Positions 1-9,478 of a stretch of 64,000 nucleotides of DNA are shown here, one piece after another. A program made the translations under genes and the position numbers. Positions within the stretch are counted from its first letter, which is position 1, and every line of letters begins with the position of its first letter. Source of the DNA: an uncultured virus (IMG/VR IMGVR_UViG_3300048135_000646) (taxonomy: Duplodnaviria > Heunggongvirae > Uroviricota > Caudoviricetes); IMG/VR virus record IMGVR_UViG_3300048135_000646; one strand, given 5' to 3'. The notes below the pieces were generated by a model. It had not been told where the DNA came from, made no database searches, and worked only from the letters and a program-made list of their open reading frames with translations.

Positions 1-1
1 A

Positions 2-142
2 CAAGAATTATTAAACCAAGTAGCAGAGAAACTTGAAAGATGTGAGTACACACCAATAGTAACTACTAAAGAAGAGTTACCTATTTGGACGATGTTGCTT
101 AATAAAGTTTATGAAGAAACCTTTAACACCAAAGAGAGATGA
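2..142 (+). CDS. 3' end of hypothetical protein (partial)
   Basis: Frame open from the window edge (QELLNQVAEKLERC...TFNTKER*); TGA 140-142 overlaps the next ATG (ATGA). Confidence 0.6.
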   Translation, partial: QELLNQVAEKLERCEYTPIVTTKEELPIWTMLLNKVYEETFNTKER

Positions 143-942
143 TTAAAAAAATTATACATACTGCCGACATACATATACGTAGGACTAAGTACCACGATAT
201 GTATATTGAACAATTTGAAAAGTTTATTGAGAGTGCTAAGGAACAAGTAAAGGGTTATGAATACCACGAAATAAGGGTCGTTATTGCGGGTGACTTGGTT
301 CATGAAAAGATAAACATATCTAACGAACAATTAGTAATATTATCTAAATTCTTAAATGACATTACTCGTGAAATAGGTAAGGTAGTTATCATACCCGGTA
401 ATCATGATTTCTTAGAAAATAATCACGAAAGGGTTGATAGTATAACACCTGTTGTTGAAATGATGAAAAACGACAACATTGTCTACTATAAAGATAGTGA
501 GGTTTATAAAGACGAGAATATTAATTGGGTTGTCTACTCACTATACCAACACAATCAAAGACCTGTATTTGAAAAAGAAGACGGGTTATATGTCGGTCTT
601 TTCCATAGTCCAATTGCGGGATTATCCACCGACACTGGTTATGAGTTTGAAGACGGATATTCTCCTTTAAATTTTAAGGACCTTGACATATTATTATGTG
701 GGGACATTCATAAGAGACAAGTTTTTGAATTACCTGATGGTGGGAGAGCGGTTATGGTTGGTTCATTAGTACAACAAAACTTTGGCGAAACGGTAAAACA
801 TCACGGATATGGTATTTATGATGTAGAGACCGATGACTATGAGTTCTTTGATTTGGAAAACAAACAACCATTTCTTCACTTCTCAATAAACGACATTAAA
901 GATATTGATGATGAAAAAGAAATCCTCCTTAATATTGGGTGA
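139..942 (+). CDS. Mre11/SbcD/gp47-like metallophosphoesterase nuclease (catalytic domain only)
   Basis: Motifs ADIH, AGDLVH, PGNHD, LFH, GDIH, GSLVQQNFGE; Rad50-like gene nearby. Confidence 0.88.
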   Translation: MIKKIIHTADIHIRRTKYHDMYIEQFEKFIESAKEQVKGYEYHEIRVVIAGDLVHEKINISNEQLVILSKFLNDITREIGKVVIIPGNHDFLENNHERVDSITPVVEMMKNDNIVYYKDSEVYKDENINWVVYSLYQHNQRPVFEKEDGLYVGLFHSPIAGLSTDTGYEFEDGYSPLNFKDLDILLCGDIHKRQVFELPDGGRAVMVGSLVQQNFGETVKHHGYGIYDVETDDYEFFDLENKQPFLHFSINDIKDIDDEKEILLNIG

Positions 943-1495
943 TGAATTCCTTGAATACTGTGAACTAAATAAAATAGTTAAGGTAAACAAGTTAGCAAAG
1001 GAAACATTTGACAGAGGATTCACTATCTTAAAATACGGTGAAACTCCTTCCTTTTTAAAAGGTAAGGAAGTCATTAAGGAGATTGAGAAAGAAGTCGTAA
1101 AAGAAATTGAAGTAATCAAAGAAGTGGAAAAACCTGTTGAAGTAATCAAAGAGGTTGAAAAGATAGTTGAAGTAGAAAAACCTATCGAGGTAATAGTAGA
1201 AAAGGAAATATACATAACTGATGACGAGCAGGTCAAACAACTCGGCGATAAAATCTCTGAATTAGAAAAAGATAAAAAAGGACTATCAAAAAAAGTCACC
1301 TCACTTGAGACAAAACTTAAAAAGAAACCTAAGAAAGTTGTAAAGGAGGTTATCAATAATGATGAGATTGAGAAATTGAAAGAAGAGAATAAAAAACTTA
1401 AAGAGGAGTTAGAAAAAATAACCTCATCTCTATCCAACCTAAACAAAGCAAAATACATTAAAAATTCCAACCTAAACTCATTATACGACGAGTAA
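905..1495 (+). CDS. hypothetical protein with E/K/V/I/P repeats and coiled coil
   Basis: ORF track; KEVEKPVEVIKEVEKIVEVEKPIEV repeats. Confidence 0.75.
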   Translation: MMMKKKSSLILGDEFLEYCELNKIVKVNKLAKETFDRGFTILKYGETPSFLKGKEVIKEIEKEVVKEIEVIKEVEKPVEVIKEVEKIVEVEKPIEVIVEKEIYITDDEQVKQLGDKISELEKDKKGLSKKVTSLETKLKKKPKKVVKEVINNDEIEKLKEENKKLKEELEKITSSLSNLNKAKYIKNSNLNSLYDE

Positions 1496-1501
1496 ACGGG
1501 G

Positions 1502-1530
1502 TTGACTCTTAATATTAATTTACGTATCTT
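1502..1530 (+). promoter_or_regulatory. putative sigma70-type promoter TTGACT-N17-TATCTT
   Basis: Intergenic, exact 17-nt spacer, just before ATG 1536. Confidence 0.55.
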
Positions 1531-1535
1531 TTAAT

Positions 1536-1847
1536 ATGATAGGTTTATTAATATTTTGGAGTTTTATGGCGTATGGAATGACGACCATAATAGTATACGG
1601 ATCAATATTCGAAGGTCTTCGTAATTGGATCAACAAACACTCAAAGTTTTTCGGTGAATTAGTTAATTGTCCTCTATGTACATCAACATGGGTGGGTTTC
1701 TTTTTATCGTTAACCTTAGGAGGTATAAGTTCAAAAATTTTCTCGGTAGGTTATTTTGGGATATTCTTTGACGGATTATTCACCGCGGGTGTCGTTTGGG
1801 CAATAAACTCTTTTGTAGAATTTTTCGAAGAAAGTAGAATAAAATAA
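1536..1847 (+). CDS. small membrane protein, DUF1360-like
   Basis: Hydrophobic segments and CPLCTSTW motif. Confidence 0.7.
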   Translation: MIGLLIFWSFMAYGMTTIIVYGSIFEGLRNWINKHSKFFGELVNCPLCTSTWVGFFLSLTLGGISSKIFSVGYFGIFFDGLFTAGVVWAINSFVEFFEESRIK

Positions 1848-1855
1848 GACCATGA

Positions 1856-2368
1856 ATGTTTATACCGGGTAAATTCAATGATACTCTTATTAGGAATGAA
1901 GTGATTAAATTTTTTAAACAACGGTTTAGAATTAATTTAAAACATAATGACATACACAATAAGATAGATCTTGTAGGTATAAACGATCCCACGTTAGGTG
2001 TGGAGGTTGAACATGGTAAATGGAGCGGTAATTTTTGGGAAAACGACAATTACTCACTTATATCTGAACAGTCTTTTAGGACTGCAAATATCCCAATTAG
2101 GAAAGAGAAGTATTGGTTAGATGAATATACGTACTACAATAAAGTAAGGGTTAATCCAAGTAGTCATAAGAATATATTTGTAAGGTCTAATGTTGATTTC
2201 ACTCAGTTCTTAATCATTCGTCCCGAGACGGTTAGGAATTCTAAAAAGTTAGTTAGAACCAAATTTAAACCTTCAAACAGTAATGAAGTTGAGGAATGGT
2301 TATCCTTCAGGGAAAGTGATGTAGAAACTTACAATGTAAAAAATGGAAAATACTATAAAGTAAAATAA
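1856..2368 (+). CDS. hypothetical protein, possible PD-(D/E)XK nuclease-like fold
   Basis: IDL...GVEVEH..W pattern; weak. Confidence 0.5.
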   Translation: MFIPGKFNDTLIRNEVIKFFKQRFRINLKHNDIHNKIDLVGINDPTLGVEVEHGKWSGNFWENDNYSLISEQSFRTANIPIRKEKYWLDEYTYYNKVRVNPSSHKNIFVRSNVDFTQFLIIRPETVRNSKKLVRTKFKPSNSNEVEEWLSFRESDVETYNVKNGKYYKVK

Positions 2369-4708
2369 ATGAAACACGAAAATCCATACATAAAAGTAAC
2401 ATGGCATGATACCCCTGAAGCATTCACACCTGAAAAAATGAAGAGGGTTAAAAATTACTTTAAAGAAAAATACAACACTAGATTCATTAAGGTAATTACC
2501 AAAATTCAAACCACAAACAATAATAATAAACTAAAATCACTAGAAATAAGTGAAAGTATTTTAGATCCTAATTATCAGAAGTTATTAATGAATGACTTCA
2601 TTAAACAAAATAACATTGTTACTCATGGTGACATGATTGATAGATTAGATAATAAGGTTAATGAAACTATTTTTGCACAAGATGAGACAATTATCAAGTA
2701 TAATAGGTGGTATATTAAAAATGTTGAGTTTTCAAACTTTCTATCTTTTGGGGAAAACAATAAAATAGATTTTGAGAATTTAGACGGTATTACTGTTGTG
2801 GAATCTAATCCAAGGAATTTTGGTGGGAAATCTACCTCTACAGTAGATTTATTAATGTTTTTATTCTTTAACAGCACCACCAAAACAAACAAATCTGAAG
2901 AGATTTTTAATAGATTTACCGATAAAAACCGTGTACACGTAAAAGGTGTGATAACTATCGATGGTGAGGACTATGTGATTGAAAGGGAAGTAACTAGAAA
3001 ATTAGGTAGATCCGAGAAATACACTGTAAAAAATGATTTACAGTTTCATAAAATTCTTGAAGATGGTACATATAAGAACTTATCGGGAGAACAACGTAAA
3101 GAAACGGAAAAGTTCATTGTTAAAGCAATAGGAACAAAAAAAGACTTCCTCTCAACAATATTAACCACAGGATATAACTTAGAGGAGTTGATAGACACCA
3201 AACCAACTGAAAGAGGTCAAATACTTACCAAATTTATAGGTCTTGAGGCGTTAAAAGAGAAGGAAAGGGTTTGTAGGGAAATGAAAAACACCTATGAAAG
3301 AAAGATGCTATCTAACACTAAAGATAAGTTTACCTTAGAGAATCAGATAGAGACATATTACGATCAGATTAAAATAAAGGATGGGGAAATTTCTAAGAAA
3401 AAGAAGGATTTAACAGATGCAACTAAAAAATTAAAAGATTTAGAAGAAAAGAAAGAGAAAATATTAAGTGAGAAACACACTGATGTTGATCAGACCTTAG
3501 TGAAGACCAATCCAACCACAATTAAGAGTGAAATTAAGGATTGTGATGAAAAAATAAAAAGACTTAATAAGACTTTAAAAGAAACAGTTGTAAAGGAACC
3601 TAAAGATTATTATTTAGAAGAAAAACATGATTCAATAAAGGACTTATTGAGGGATTTATCATTTAAAGTAAAGGAGGATACACACAACATAAAAAAATGT
3701 GAGGACCAAATACATCAATTAACTGAGGGAAGTACATGTCCTACATGTAAACGACCTTTAGAGGGTGTGGACCACACCAAAGAAATAAACTCTAAGAAAT
3801 TAGAAATCAAGGATTTTGAGAAAACCATTGATAAAACTAATAAGACAATTGAAATAACAACCGCAGAGGAACTTAAATTCTCAACACTGAAAAAAGAATA
3901 CGAGACCTATGAAAAAAATAAACTTATTAATACTCGATACGAACTTGAGATTAGACAAATCGAGATGGATAAGAAGGATAAAAAAAACAAACTAGAATTT
4001 TTTGAAGCTAACAAAAAGAAACACGAAAGAAATATACAAATAGATAAAGATCTAATAGTACTCAGAACTCAAATAGACACTGCGTCTTCTGACATTAAAC
4101 AGTCAAATATTTTGGTTGAAAGGTATAAGAATGATATAAAGAACTTTAACGAAAAGATCGACATTAATAAGAAATTAATAAAAGAAATATTGGTGGAGGA
4201 GAAAGTTTTAGAAACATATAAAGTATATTTAACCGTGTTTGGTAAAAATGGTATTTCTAAAACTATTCTGAGAGACATGATCCCATTTTTAAACAACGAA
4301 TTAAGTCATTTATTGGATGATAGTTGTATGTTTAAATTAGAGATTAAAATCAATAGTAGTAATGAACTTGATTTCATAATGATAGATACAGACACCAGGG
4401 TTGTGAAACCCCTTTACGCTGGCTCGGGGTATGAAAGAACAATCGCATCCTTAGCACTTAGAAGTGTACTAACAAAGGTTTCATCATTACCAAAACCAAA
4501 TATTGTAGTTATGGATGAAGTATTTGGAAAGATTGCAGACGAAAATTTAGAAATGGTGGGTGAATTCTTCATCAAAATCAAAGAATATTTTGAACACATA
4601 CTAGTAATTTCACATAACCCATTAATTAGGACATGGTCGGATAACCTACTTATGATTGAGAAAAACGAAAACATATCATCAATACAATCAATTAATACAA
4701 AAATATAA
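2369..4708 (+). CDS. Rad50/SbcC/gp46-like ABC ATPase with ~110-aa N-terminal extension
   Basis: FSNFLSFG, Walker A NFGGKST, coiled coil with CPTC zinc hook, signature GSGYE, Walker B VVMDEVFG, ISHN. Confidence 0.92.
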   Translation: MKHENPYIKVTWHDTPEAFTPEKMKRVKNYFKEKYNTRFIKVITKIQTTNNNNKLKSLEISESILDPNYQKLLMNDFIKQNNIVTHGDMIDRLDNKVNETIFAQDETIIKYNRWYIKNVEFSNFLSFGENNKIDFENLDGITVVESNPRNFGGKSTSTVDLLMFLFFNSTTKTNKSEEIFNRFTDKNRVHVKGVITIDGEDYVIEREVTRKLGRSEKYTVKNDLQFHKILEDGTYKNLSGEQRKETEKFIVKAIGTKKDFLSTILTTGYNLEELIDTKPTERGQILTKFIGLEALKEKERVCREMKNTYERKMLSNTKDKFTLENQIETYYDQIKIKDGEISKKKKDLTDATKKLKDLEEKKEKILSEKHTDVDQTLVKTNPTTIKSEIKDCDEKIKRLNKTLKETVVKEPKDYYLEEKHDSIKDLLRDLSFKVKEDTHNIKKCEDQIHQLTEGSTCPTCKRPLEGVDHTKEINSKKLEIKDFEKTIDKTNKTIEITTAEELKFSTLKKEYETYEKNKLINTRYELEIRQIEMDKKDKKNKLEFFEANKKKHERNIQIDKDLIVLRTQIDTASSDIKQSNILVERYKNDIKNFNEKIDINKKLIKEILVEEKVLETYKVYLTVFGKNGISKTILRDMIPFLNNELSHLLDDSCMFKLEIKINSSNELDFIMIDTDTRVVKPLYAGSGYERTIASLALRSVLTKVSSLPKPNIVVMDEVFGKIADENLEMVGEFFIKIKEYFEHILVISHNPLIRTWSDNLLMIEKNENISSIQSINTKI

Positions 4709-4717
4709 CAAGAATAC

Positions 4718-4747
4718 TTGTACATTCAACAAATTTGTTTAACTTTG
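4718..4747 (+). promoter_or_regulatory. Bacteroidota-type promoter (TTG...TAACTTTG)
   Basis: TAACTTTG 4740-4747 matches the TAnnTTTG -7 consensus; TTG 19 nt upstream. Confidence 0.55.
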
Positions 4748-4767
4748 AAAAATCAACAAAACACATT

Positions 4768-5442
4768 ATGATACCAAAAGAATATAAAGATTTCAACCTT
4801 TACGCAAGAGACCAAAAAGTGAGTGGTTCTCAATTAGATTATTACAATAAACAAATAGAGAATAGTCTAACTCCTTATATATTAGAAGAGAGACAAATGA
4901 ACGTTACCGTAATGGATGTGTTCTCAAGATTAATGATGGAGAGAATCATATGGGTTGCGGGTCCCGTGAACGATAACATGTCAACAATCGTTCAGGCACA
5001 ACTTATGTTCTTAGATAGTATCGATAATAATGACATTACAATGCATATCGACACACCAGGTGGTTCTGTTAAATCGGGTCTGTCTATGGTGGATGTAATG
5101 GATTATATAGATTCCGACATACAAACCATTAATACGGGAATGGCGGCGTCTATGGGTTCTATTCTTTTAGGTGCAGGAACCAAAGGGAAAAGAGGGTCAC
5201 TTAGATTTTCAAGAACAATGTTACATCAATCAAGTGGAGGTTTTAGAGGAAACATACAAGATGCAGAAATTGACATGGTTGAGTGGAAAAAACTTAATCA
5301 CCAACTATTCGATCTTTTAGGGGAGTACTGTGATAAACCAGCGTCGGTAGTCATGGAGGACGCAACTCGTGATATGTGGTTATCCGCAGACGAGGCACTT
5401 AAGTATGGAATCATCGACAAAGTGGTAAAAAAGAAAAAATAA
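4768..5442 (+). CDS. clpP: ClpP protease proteolytic subunit (ATG 4768 preferred over the track start 4735)
   Basis: DVFSRLMMERII, TPGG, GMAASMG (Ser), MLHQ (His), RDMWL (Asp). Confidence 0.93.
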   Translation: MIPKEYKDFNLYARDQKVSGSQLDYYNKQIENSLTPYILEERQMNVTVMDVFSRLMMERIIWVAGPVNDNMSTIVQAQLMFLDSIDNNDITMHIDTPGGSVKSGLSMVDVMDYIDSDIQTINTGMAASMGSILLGAGTKGKRGSLRFSRTMLHQSSGGFRGNIQDAEIDMVEWKKLNHQLFDLLGEYCDKPASVVMEDATRDMWLSADEALKYGIIDKVVKKKK

Positions 5443-5453
5443 ATAAAAATCAA

Positions 5454-5461
5454 TATTTATA
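5454..5461 (+). promoter_or_regulatory. TATTTATA motif, putative phage late promoter
   Basis: Recurs upstream of many genes (see findings). Confidence 0.5.
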
Positions 5462-5480
5462 GGAATATAACATACACAAC

Positions 5481-6176
5481 ATGAAACGTTTATTAAACAT
5501 GGATATCAAAACAGTTGCGATCATCGTGTTATGTGTATTCCTTTTATTAAGAAATTGTTCGAATGGTGATTCCGAGACTCGAGACATAGTTAAGGTTGAC
5601 GGTAAAAAGTACGAATTATTAGAACAAAAGGTCGATACCGTAATTATTGAAAAGACTGTTAAAGTTCCAACCTATGTACCGAAGTACATTACTAAAGAGG
5701 TAATAAAAGAAGTTAAAATTCCTGCAGATATAGATTCATTGGCGGTAGTTAAAGATTACTACACCAAAATAACTGTAAGAGATACATTACAACTTGATTA
5801 CGATTTTCCCGAAGAGGTTAAGGATTCGTTAGGTAATAAACCACCATCTAATTTAGGTTACGGTATTTTGACCGACGTGATTAGTCAGAACTCCATACAA
5901 TCGAGAAATGTAAATTGGGTCTTTAAAATACCTACTGTATATAATACTAAAATTGTTAAGGATTTACCTAAAACACAATTGTATTATGGTTTTAATTTAG
6001 GTTTAAATAGAACAGATATCTTCTCAAGTGTCGGAGGAGGACTTATATTGAAGACTAAGAAGGATAAATTATACCAACTTAATATTGGTTTAATAAATCA
6101 ACCAACCCCCACATCAAGTCTTACACCTTACATTGGTGGTGGTATGTATTGGAAGTTAAATCTTAAGAAAAAATAA
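5481..6176 (+). CDS. exported/membrane-anchored protein with C-terminal beta-strands (possible lysis accessory)
   Basis: N-terminal hydrophobic helix ending LLRNC; C-terminal amphipathic strands (YIGGGMYWKL). Confidence 0.6.
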   Translation: MKRLLNMDIKTVAIIVLCVFLLLRNCSNGDSETRDIVKVDGKKYELLEQKVDTVIIEKTVKVPTYVPKYITKEVIKEVKIPADIDSLAVVKDYYTKITVRDTLQLDYDFPEEVKDSLGNKPPSNLGYGILTDVISQNSIQSRNVNWVFKIPTVYNTKIVKDLPKTQLYYGFNLGLNRTDIFSSVGGGLILKTKKDKLYQLNIGLINQPTPTSSLTPYIGGGMYWKLNLKKK

Positions 6177-6629
6177 ATGACAAATACTTTTATACTTTTT
6201 ATTTTCGGTATGTTTGAGGACACTGAGGATATTGAGTTCTATTGTAATGAAATACTATTAGAAAATCCTGCGGTTAAATCATTAAGATTTATAGTGGAAA
6301 ATTCTAAGAACTTAATAGTATTAATAGAGTCAGATAAAACACAAAAAGAATTGAGTAAATCACTACATAAAGATTTACTTGATCAGAACGTAAAATTCTA
6401 TTTTATATTTAGGAGAGATGAGATCGTGTCTGCACACATACCTGAACAAGTAAAGAAATTTATTTATGGGGAAGTAAAGGAAGAGGAGAAATATATTATG
6501 GTACAGTATTCTAAGATAAGTAAGGTTGATTCACTTGACTTAGACGAGGTTCTTGAAAAAATTAAAAACAAAGGAATAGATAGTTTAACAAAAGACGAAA
6601 AAAAGTTCTTAGATAATTTTGATTATTGA
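6177..6629 (+). CDS. hypothetical protein with C-terminal DUF6576-like motif
   Basis: LDEVLEKIKNKGIDSLTKDEKKFL. Confidence 0.65.
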   Translation: MTNTFILFIFGMFEDTEDIEFYCNEILLENPAVKSLRFIVENSKNLIVLIESDKTQKELSKSLHKDLLDQNVKFYFIFRRDEIVSAHIPEQVKKFIYGEVKEEEKYIMVQYSKISKVDSLDLDEVLEKIKNKGIDSLTKDEKKFLDNFDY

Positions 6630-6684
6630 CTTTGTTTACATATTTTAGTAGTTCAGTATTCACATTTAAAAATTTACCACAACC

Positions 6685-7497
6685 ATGAACAAAAGCAACA
6701 GTTTTCTAAACACCGAAGAGATAAGTTTCTACCTTAAAGACGTAAAAAAAATACCAACAACCAACAACAAAAGACTTAAAGAAATTATTCATAGTCTTAA
6801 ACAAGAAAACATAACCGAAAAAGAAAAATCGGCGTTACAACACGAGTTGGTAAAAGGTAATCTTAGGTTTGTTATTAGCGTTGCTAAACAATATTCAAAT
6901 CAGGGGTTAGATTTACCTGATTTAATTTCAGAAGGAAATATTGGTATGATTAGGGCATCTGAAGAATTTGACCCCCATAAAAAAGTCAGATTCATTTCTT
7001 ATGCTGTGTGGTGGATTAGACAGGCAATAATGTCTTCTTTGAATGAAAATGCAAGAACAATAAGATTACCATCTAATATTATTCAAGAACATCAGAAAGC
7101 AAAAAGAATGGTAGTTTCTGAAGATGATCCCGATTTTGTGGAAAAATATAACAAACAGGCTTCACAATATGTTCCAAAAACCGTAAGTTTAAGTAATCCT
7201 ATTAATGAAGAAGGTGATCAATTGATTGATATTGTCGTTAATAAGGACTCTCTGAATCCTGAGAGTTATTTGGAAAATGAACAAGAAAGAAAAAAACAAG
7301 TGAAGAACGCTCTATCAATTCTAAACGATAAAGAAAGAACGATAATTGAAAAATACTTTGGATTAAATGGGGTACAATGTAATTTAGAAGACTTGGGTGA
7401 AGAGTTTGGATGTACCAAAGAAAGGATCAGACAGGTAAAAGAAAAGGCAATGAAAAAACTTAGAAACGAGAGTTTTACATTATTAAAATATTTATAA
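6685..7497 (+). CDS. sigma70-family RNA polymerase sigma factor (RpoD-like, no region 1.1)
   Basis: NLRFVISVAKQY, DLISEGNIG, RFISYAVWWIRQAI, region 4 TKERIRQVKEKAMKKLR. Confidence 0.93.
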   Translation: MNKSNSFLNTEEISFYLKDVKKIPTTNNKRLKEIIHSLKQENITEKEKSALQHELVKGNLRFVISVAKQYSNQGLDLPDLISEGNIGMIRASEEFDPHKKVRFISYAVWWIRQAIMSSLNENARTIRLPSNIIQEHQKAKRMVVSEDDPDFVEKYNKQASQYVPKTVSLSNPINEEGDQLIDIVVNKDSLNPESYLENEQERKKQVKNALSILNDKERTIIEKYFGLNGVQCNLEDLGEEFGCTKERIRQVKEKAMKKLRNESFTLLKYL

Positions 7498-7514
7498 TAG
7501 GAAAAAATATAATT

Positions 7515-7817
7515 ATGAAAAAATTTTTAGAAAAACATTTTATCACTGTAGTTTTCGTCATATTACTTTTTACCTTTTTTAGAGGTTGTGGTGATAGTAG
7601 AGAAATGTCTGCATTGAAAAAAGAAATGGTAGAATTAAAGGAGTTCACCAAAGAAAGAACTTATACTAAAGAACAATTAGATCTAAGATTAAAAATCGAA
7701 GGATTAAAGAGTGAACATAGAATGATACAGGCAACTGACAGAAAAATGTTTGACTTAAACAGACAAACTCAAATTGAAAAAGAGTTAGAGCTATTACAAA
7801 GTGAACTTTTAAAGTAG
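7515..7817 (+). CDS. membrane-anchored or lipoprotein-like coiled-coil protein
   Basis: Hydrophobic N-terminus ending FRGC, then charged helix. Confidence 0.7.
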   Translation: MKKFLEKHFITVVFVILLFTFFRGCGDSREMSALKKEMVELKEFTKERTYTKEQLDLRLKIEGLKSEHRMIQATDRKMFDLNRQTQIEKELELLQSELLK

Positions 7818-9041
7818 ATGGGTAAATGGTTGAAGAATAACTTTAGGTTATTAATTTATATTTCGTTTTTAGTTCCGATCATAACGGTAGCGATAGTTTC
7901 TATATCTCACGTTACTGTATGGTATGGTATATCTAATCCAATGTCATGGGCATTATATCTATCAATAGGGATAGAGATTGCCGCATTATCCGCATTGGCT
8001 GCCATCTCGGCTCAAATGGGATCTAAAGTTTATGTACCCTTTGGTATTGTTACCTTAATACAGTTTATTGGTAATATTTTCTTCGCATTTGAATTCATTA
8101 AAATAGGTAATGAACAGTTTCTTTCTTGGGTAGAGTTAACAGGACCAATATTGGAATACATTGGTATAGAACAAGGGGACTTACAATCACATAGAAGATT
8201 CTTAGCGATATTTGCGGGTGGTATGTTACCACTAATTTCATTATCATTCCTACACATGTTAGTAAAATTTAATGAGGAGAATAATGTTGATGCAACTAAA
8301 GAGGAGAACGGAGAAGACACTAAAAAAGTAATTGAAGAAGAAACAAAAATAAAACCCACTAACGAAGAATTAGATAAGTTAGAACACTTATTAAACAAAT
8401 TCAAACCAGAGGAAAGAGTCGAACCATCAACACCCGACTTACCTGATGAAGCGAGAGGTTTTGAACCACCTTCAAAAGTAGAAGATGTCTTTGATGAAAA
8501 ACCACCTGAGTGGTTTACTGAACAACCTCCAATAAGTGATGAGGAATTGGAACAATGGGCTAAGGATTCTGAAGACGAGTGGGACGAAGATCATGCATTA
8601 GATATGGTAATGAATGATATGGTTCAAGATTTAACAGAGGAGGACCTTAAAGAAATTGAGGTTAACGAACCTGAAGAAGTAAAAGAAGAACCTACACAAC
8701 CTACCCCTAATAAAGTCTCCAATAGATATGAACAAAGAAGTGATTATTTAACTAAAAGTACTGATTGGGATTCAAAAGAAAAGGAAGGTATATTACCAGA
8801 TACAATAGAGACTGCGGAGTTAGATTTACAGACAGGAGAAATTTCGACACCCACACCAAAGAAAGAGGTTAGTGTTGATATAGATGCAAATCAATTTACC
8901 CCAAAGAATGATTTTGAGGTTGATGTGGAGATAAATCCTTCACCCACACCGATCCCAACCACTCCACCATTTCCAAACTTCGTTGTTGGAAAAATACAAG
9001 ACGAATTGCAGGATCAAACAGAACCTGAAAAAAAAAATTAG
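7818..9041 (+). CDS. multi-pass membrane protein with long acidic C-terminal tail
   Basis: About 4 hydrophobic helices in the first 150 aa, then E/D/P-rich; ends at an A10 run plus TAG. Confidence 0.8.
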   Translation: MGKWLKNNFRLLIYISFLVPIITVAIVSISHVTVWYGISNPMSWALYLSIGIEIAALSALAAISAQMGSKVYVPFGIVTLIQFIGNIFFAFEFIKIGNEQFLSWVELTGPILEYIGIEQGDLQSHRRFLAIFAGGMLPLISLSFLHMLVKFNEENNVDATKEENGEDTKKVIEEETKIKPTNEELDKLEHLLNKFKPEERVEPSTPDLPDEARGFEPPSKVEDVFDEKPPEWFTEQPPISDEELEQWAKDSEDEWDEDHALDMVMNDMVQDLTEEDLKEIEVNEPEEVKEEPTQPTPNKVSNRYEQRSDYLTKSTDWDSKEKEGILPDTIETAELDLQTGEISTPTPKKEVSVDIDANQFTPKNDFEVDVEINPSPTPIPTTPPFPNFVVGKIQDELQDQTEPEKKN

Positions 9042-9478
9042 AAGAAGTACTACCTACAGGAACCCAAATTCCAACATCGACTTCGGTACCTTTTAATACC
9101 CCCACACCTTACCCCACAAGTACGGTAATTCCAACTAGTACACCACAACCTACACCTTACCCCACAAGTACGGTAATACCTACTAGTACACCACAACCCA
9201 CAAGTACGGTAATACCTACTAGTACGCCACAACCCACACCTTACCCCACAAGTAGTCCCACACCAAGTTCTACTAATACTCCGACCCTCACACCCACACC
9301 TACGGTAAGTGGTACTCCCACACCAACTCCAACCAATACACCTACACCATCACCCACAGTATTTGTGGATGACCTTTATATGGAACCTAAAGTTATACCG
9401 CAAGAACCATATATGAAGATAGGGTCAAAAGTAATCACTAGAAATGTTGGAAATTCGAGACGTAGAAACAATAGATAA
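9029..9478 (+). CDS. Pro/Thr-rich -1 frame extension of 7818..9041 (frameshift/slippage product)
   Basis: Frame open from after TGA 9026-9028 to TAA 9476-9478: [41 protein letters not shown]...RRRNNR*; first ATG is at 9380. Confidence 0.65.
   Translation, partial: KKKLEEVLPTGTQIPTSTSVPFNTPTPYPTSTVIPTSTPQPTPYPTSTVIPTSTPQPTSTVIPTSTPQPTPYPTSSPTPSSTNTPTLTPTPTVSGTPTPTPTNTPTPSPTVFVDDLYMEPKVIPQEPYMKIGSKVITRNVGNSRRRNNR
9104..9253 (+). repeat. tandem 48/36-nt repeats encoding [16 protein letters not shown]
   Basis: Units start at 9104, 9152, 9200 (36 nt) and 9236 (partial). Confidence 0.85.

Noticed and set aside
883..1470. 195-aa minus-strand ORF
   Set aside because: Antisense shadow of the E/K-rich + strand gene, with F/S/L-rich composition
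8896..9232. Minus-strand ORFs over the Pro/Thr repeat
   Set aside because: Antisense readings of the repeat; the + strand -1 frame is longer and compositionally continuous with the upstream gene
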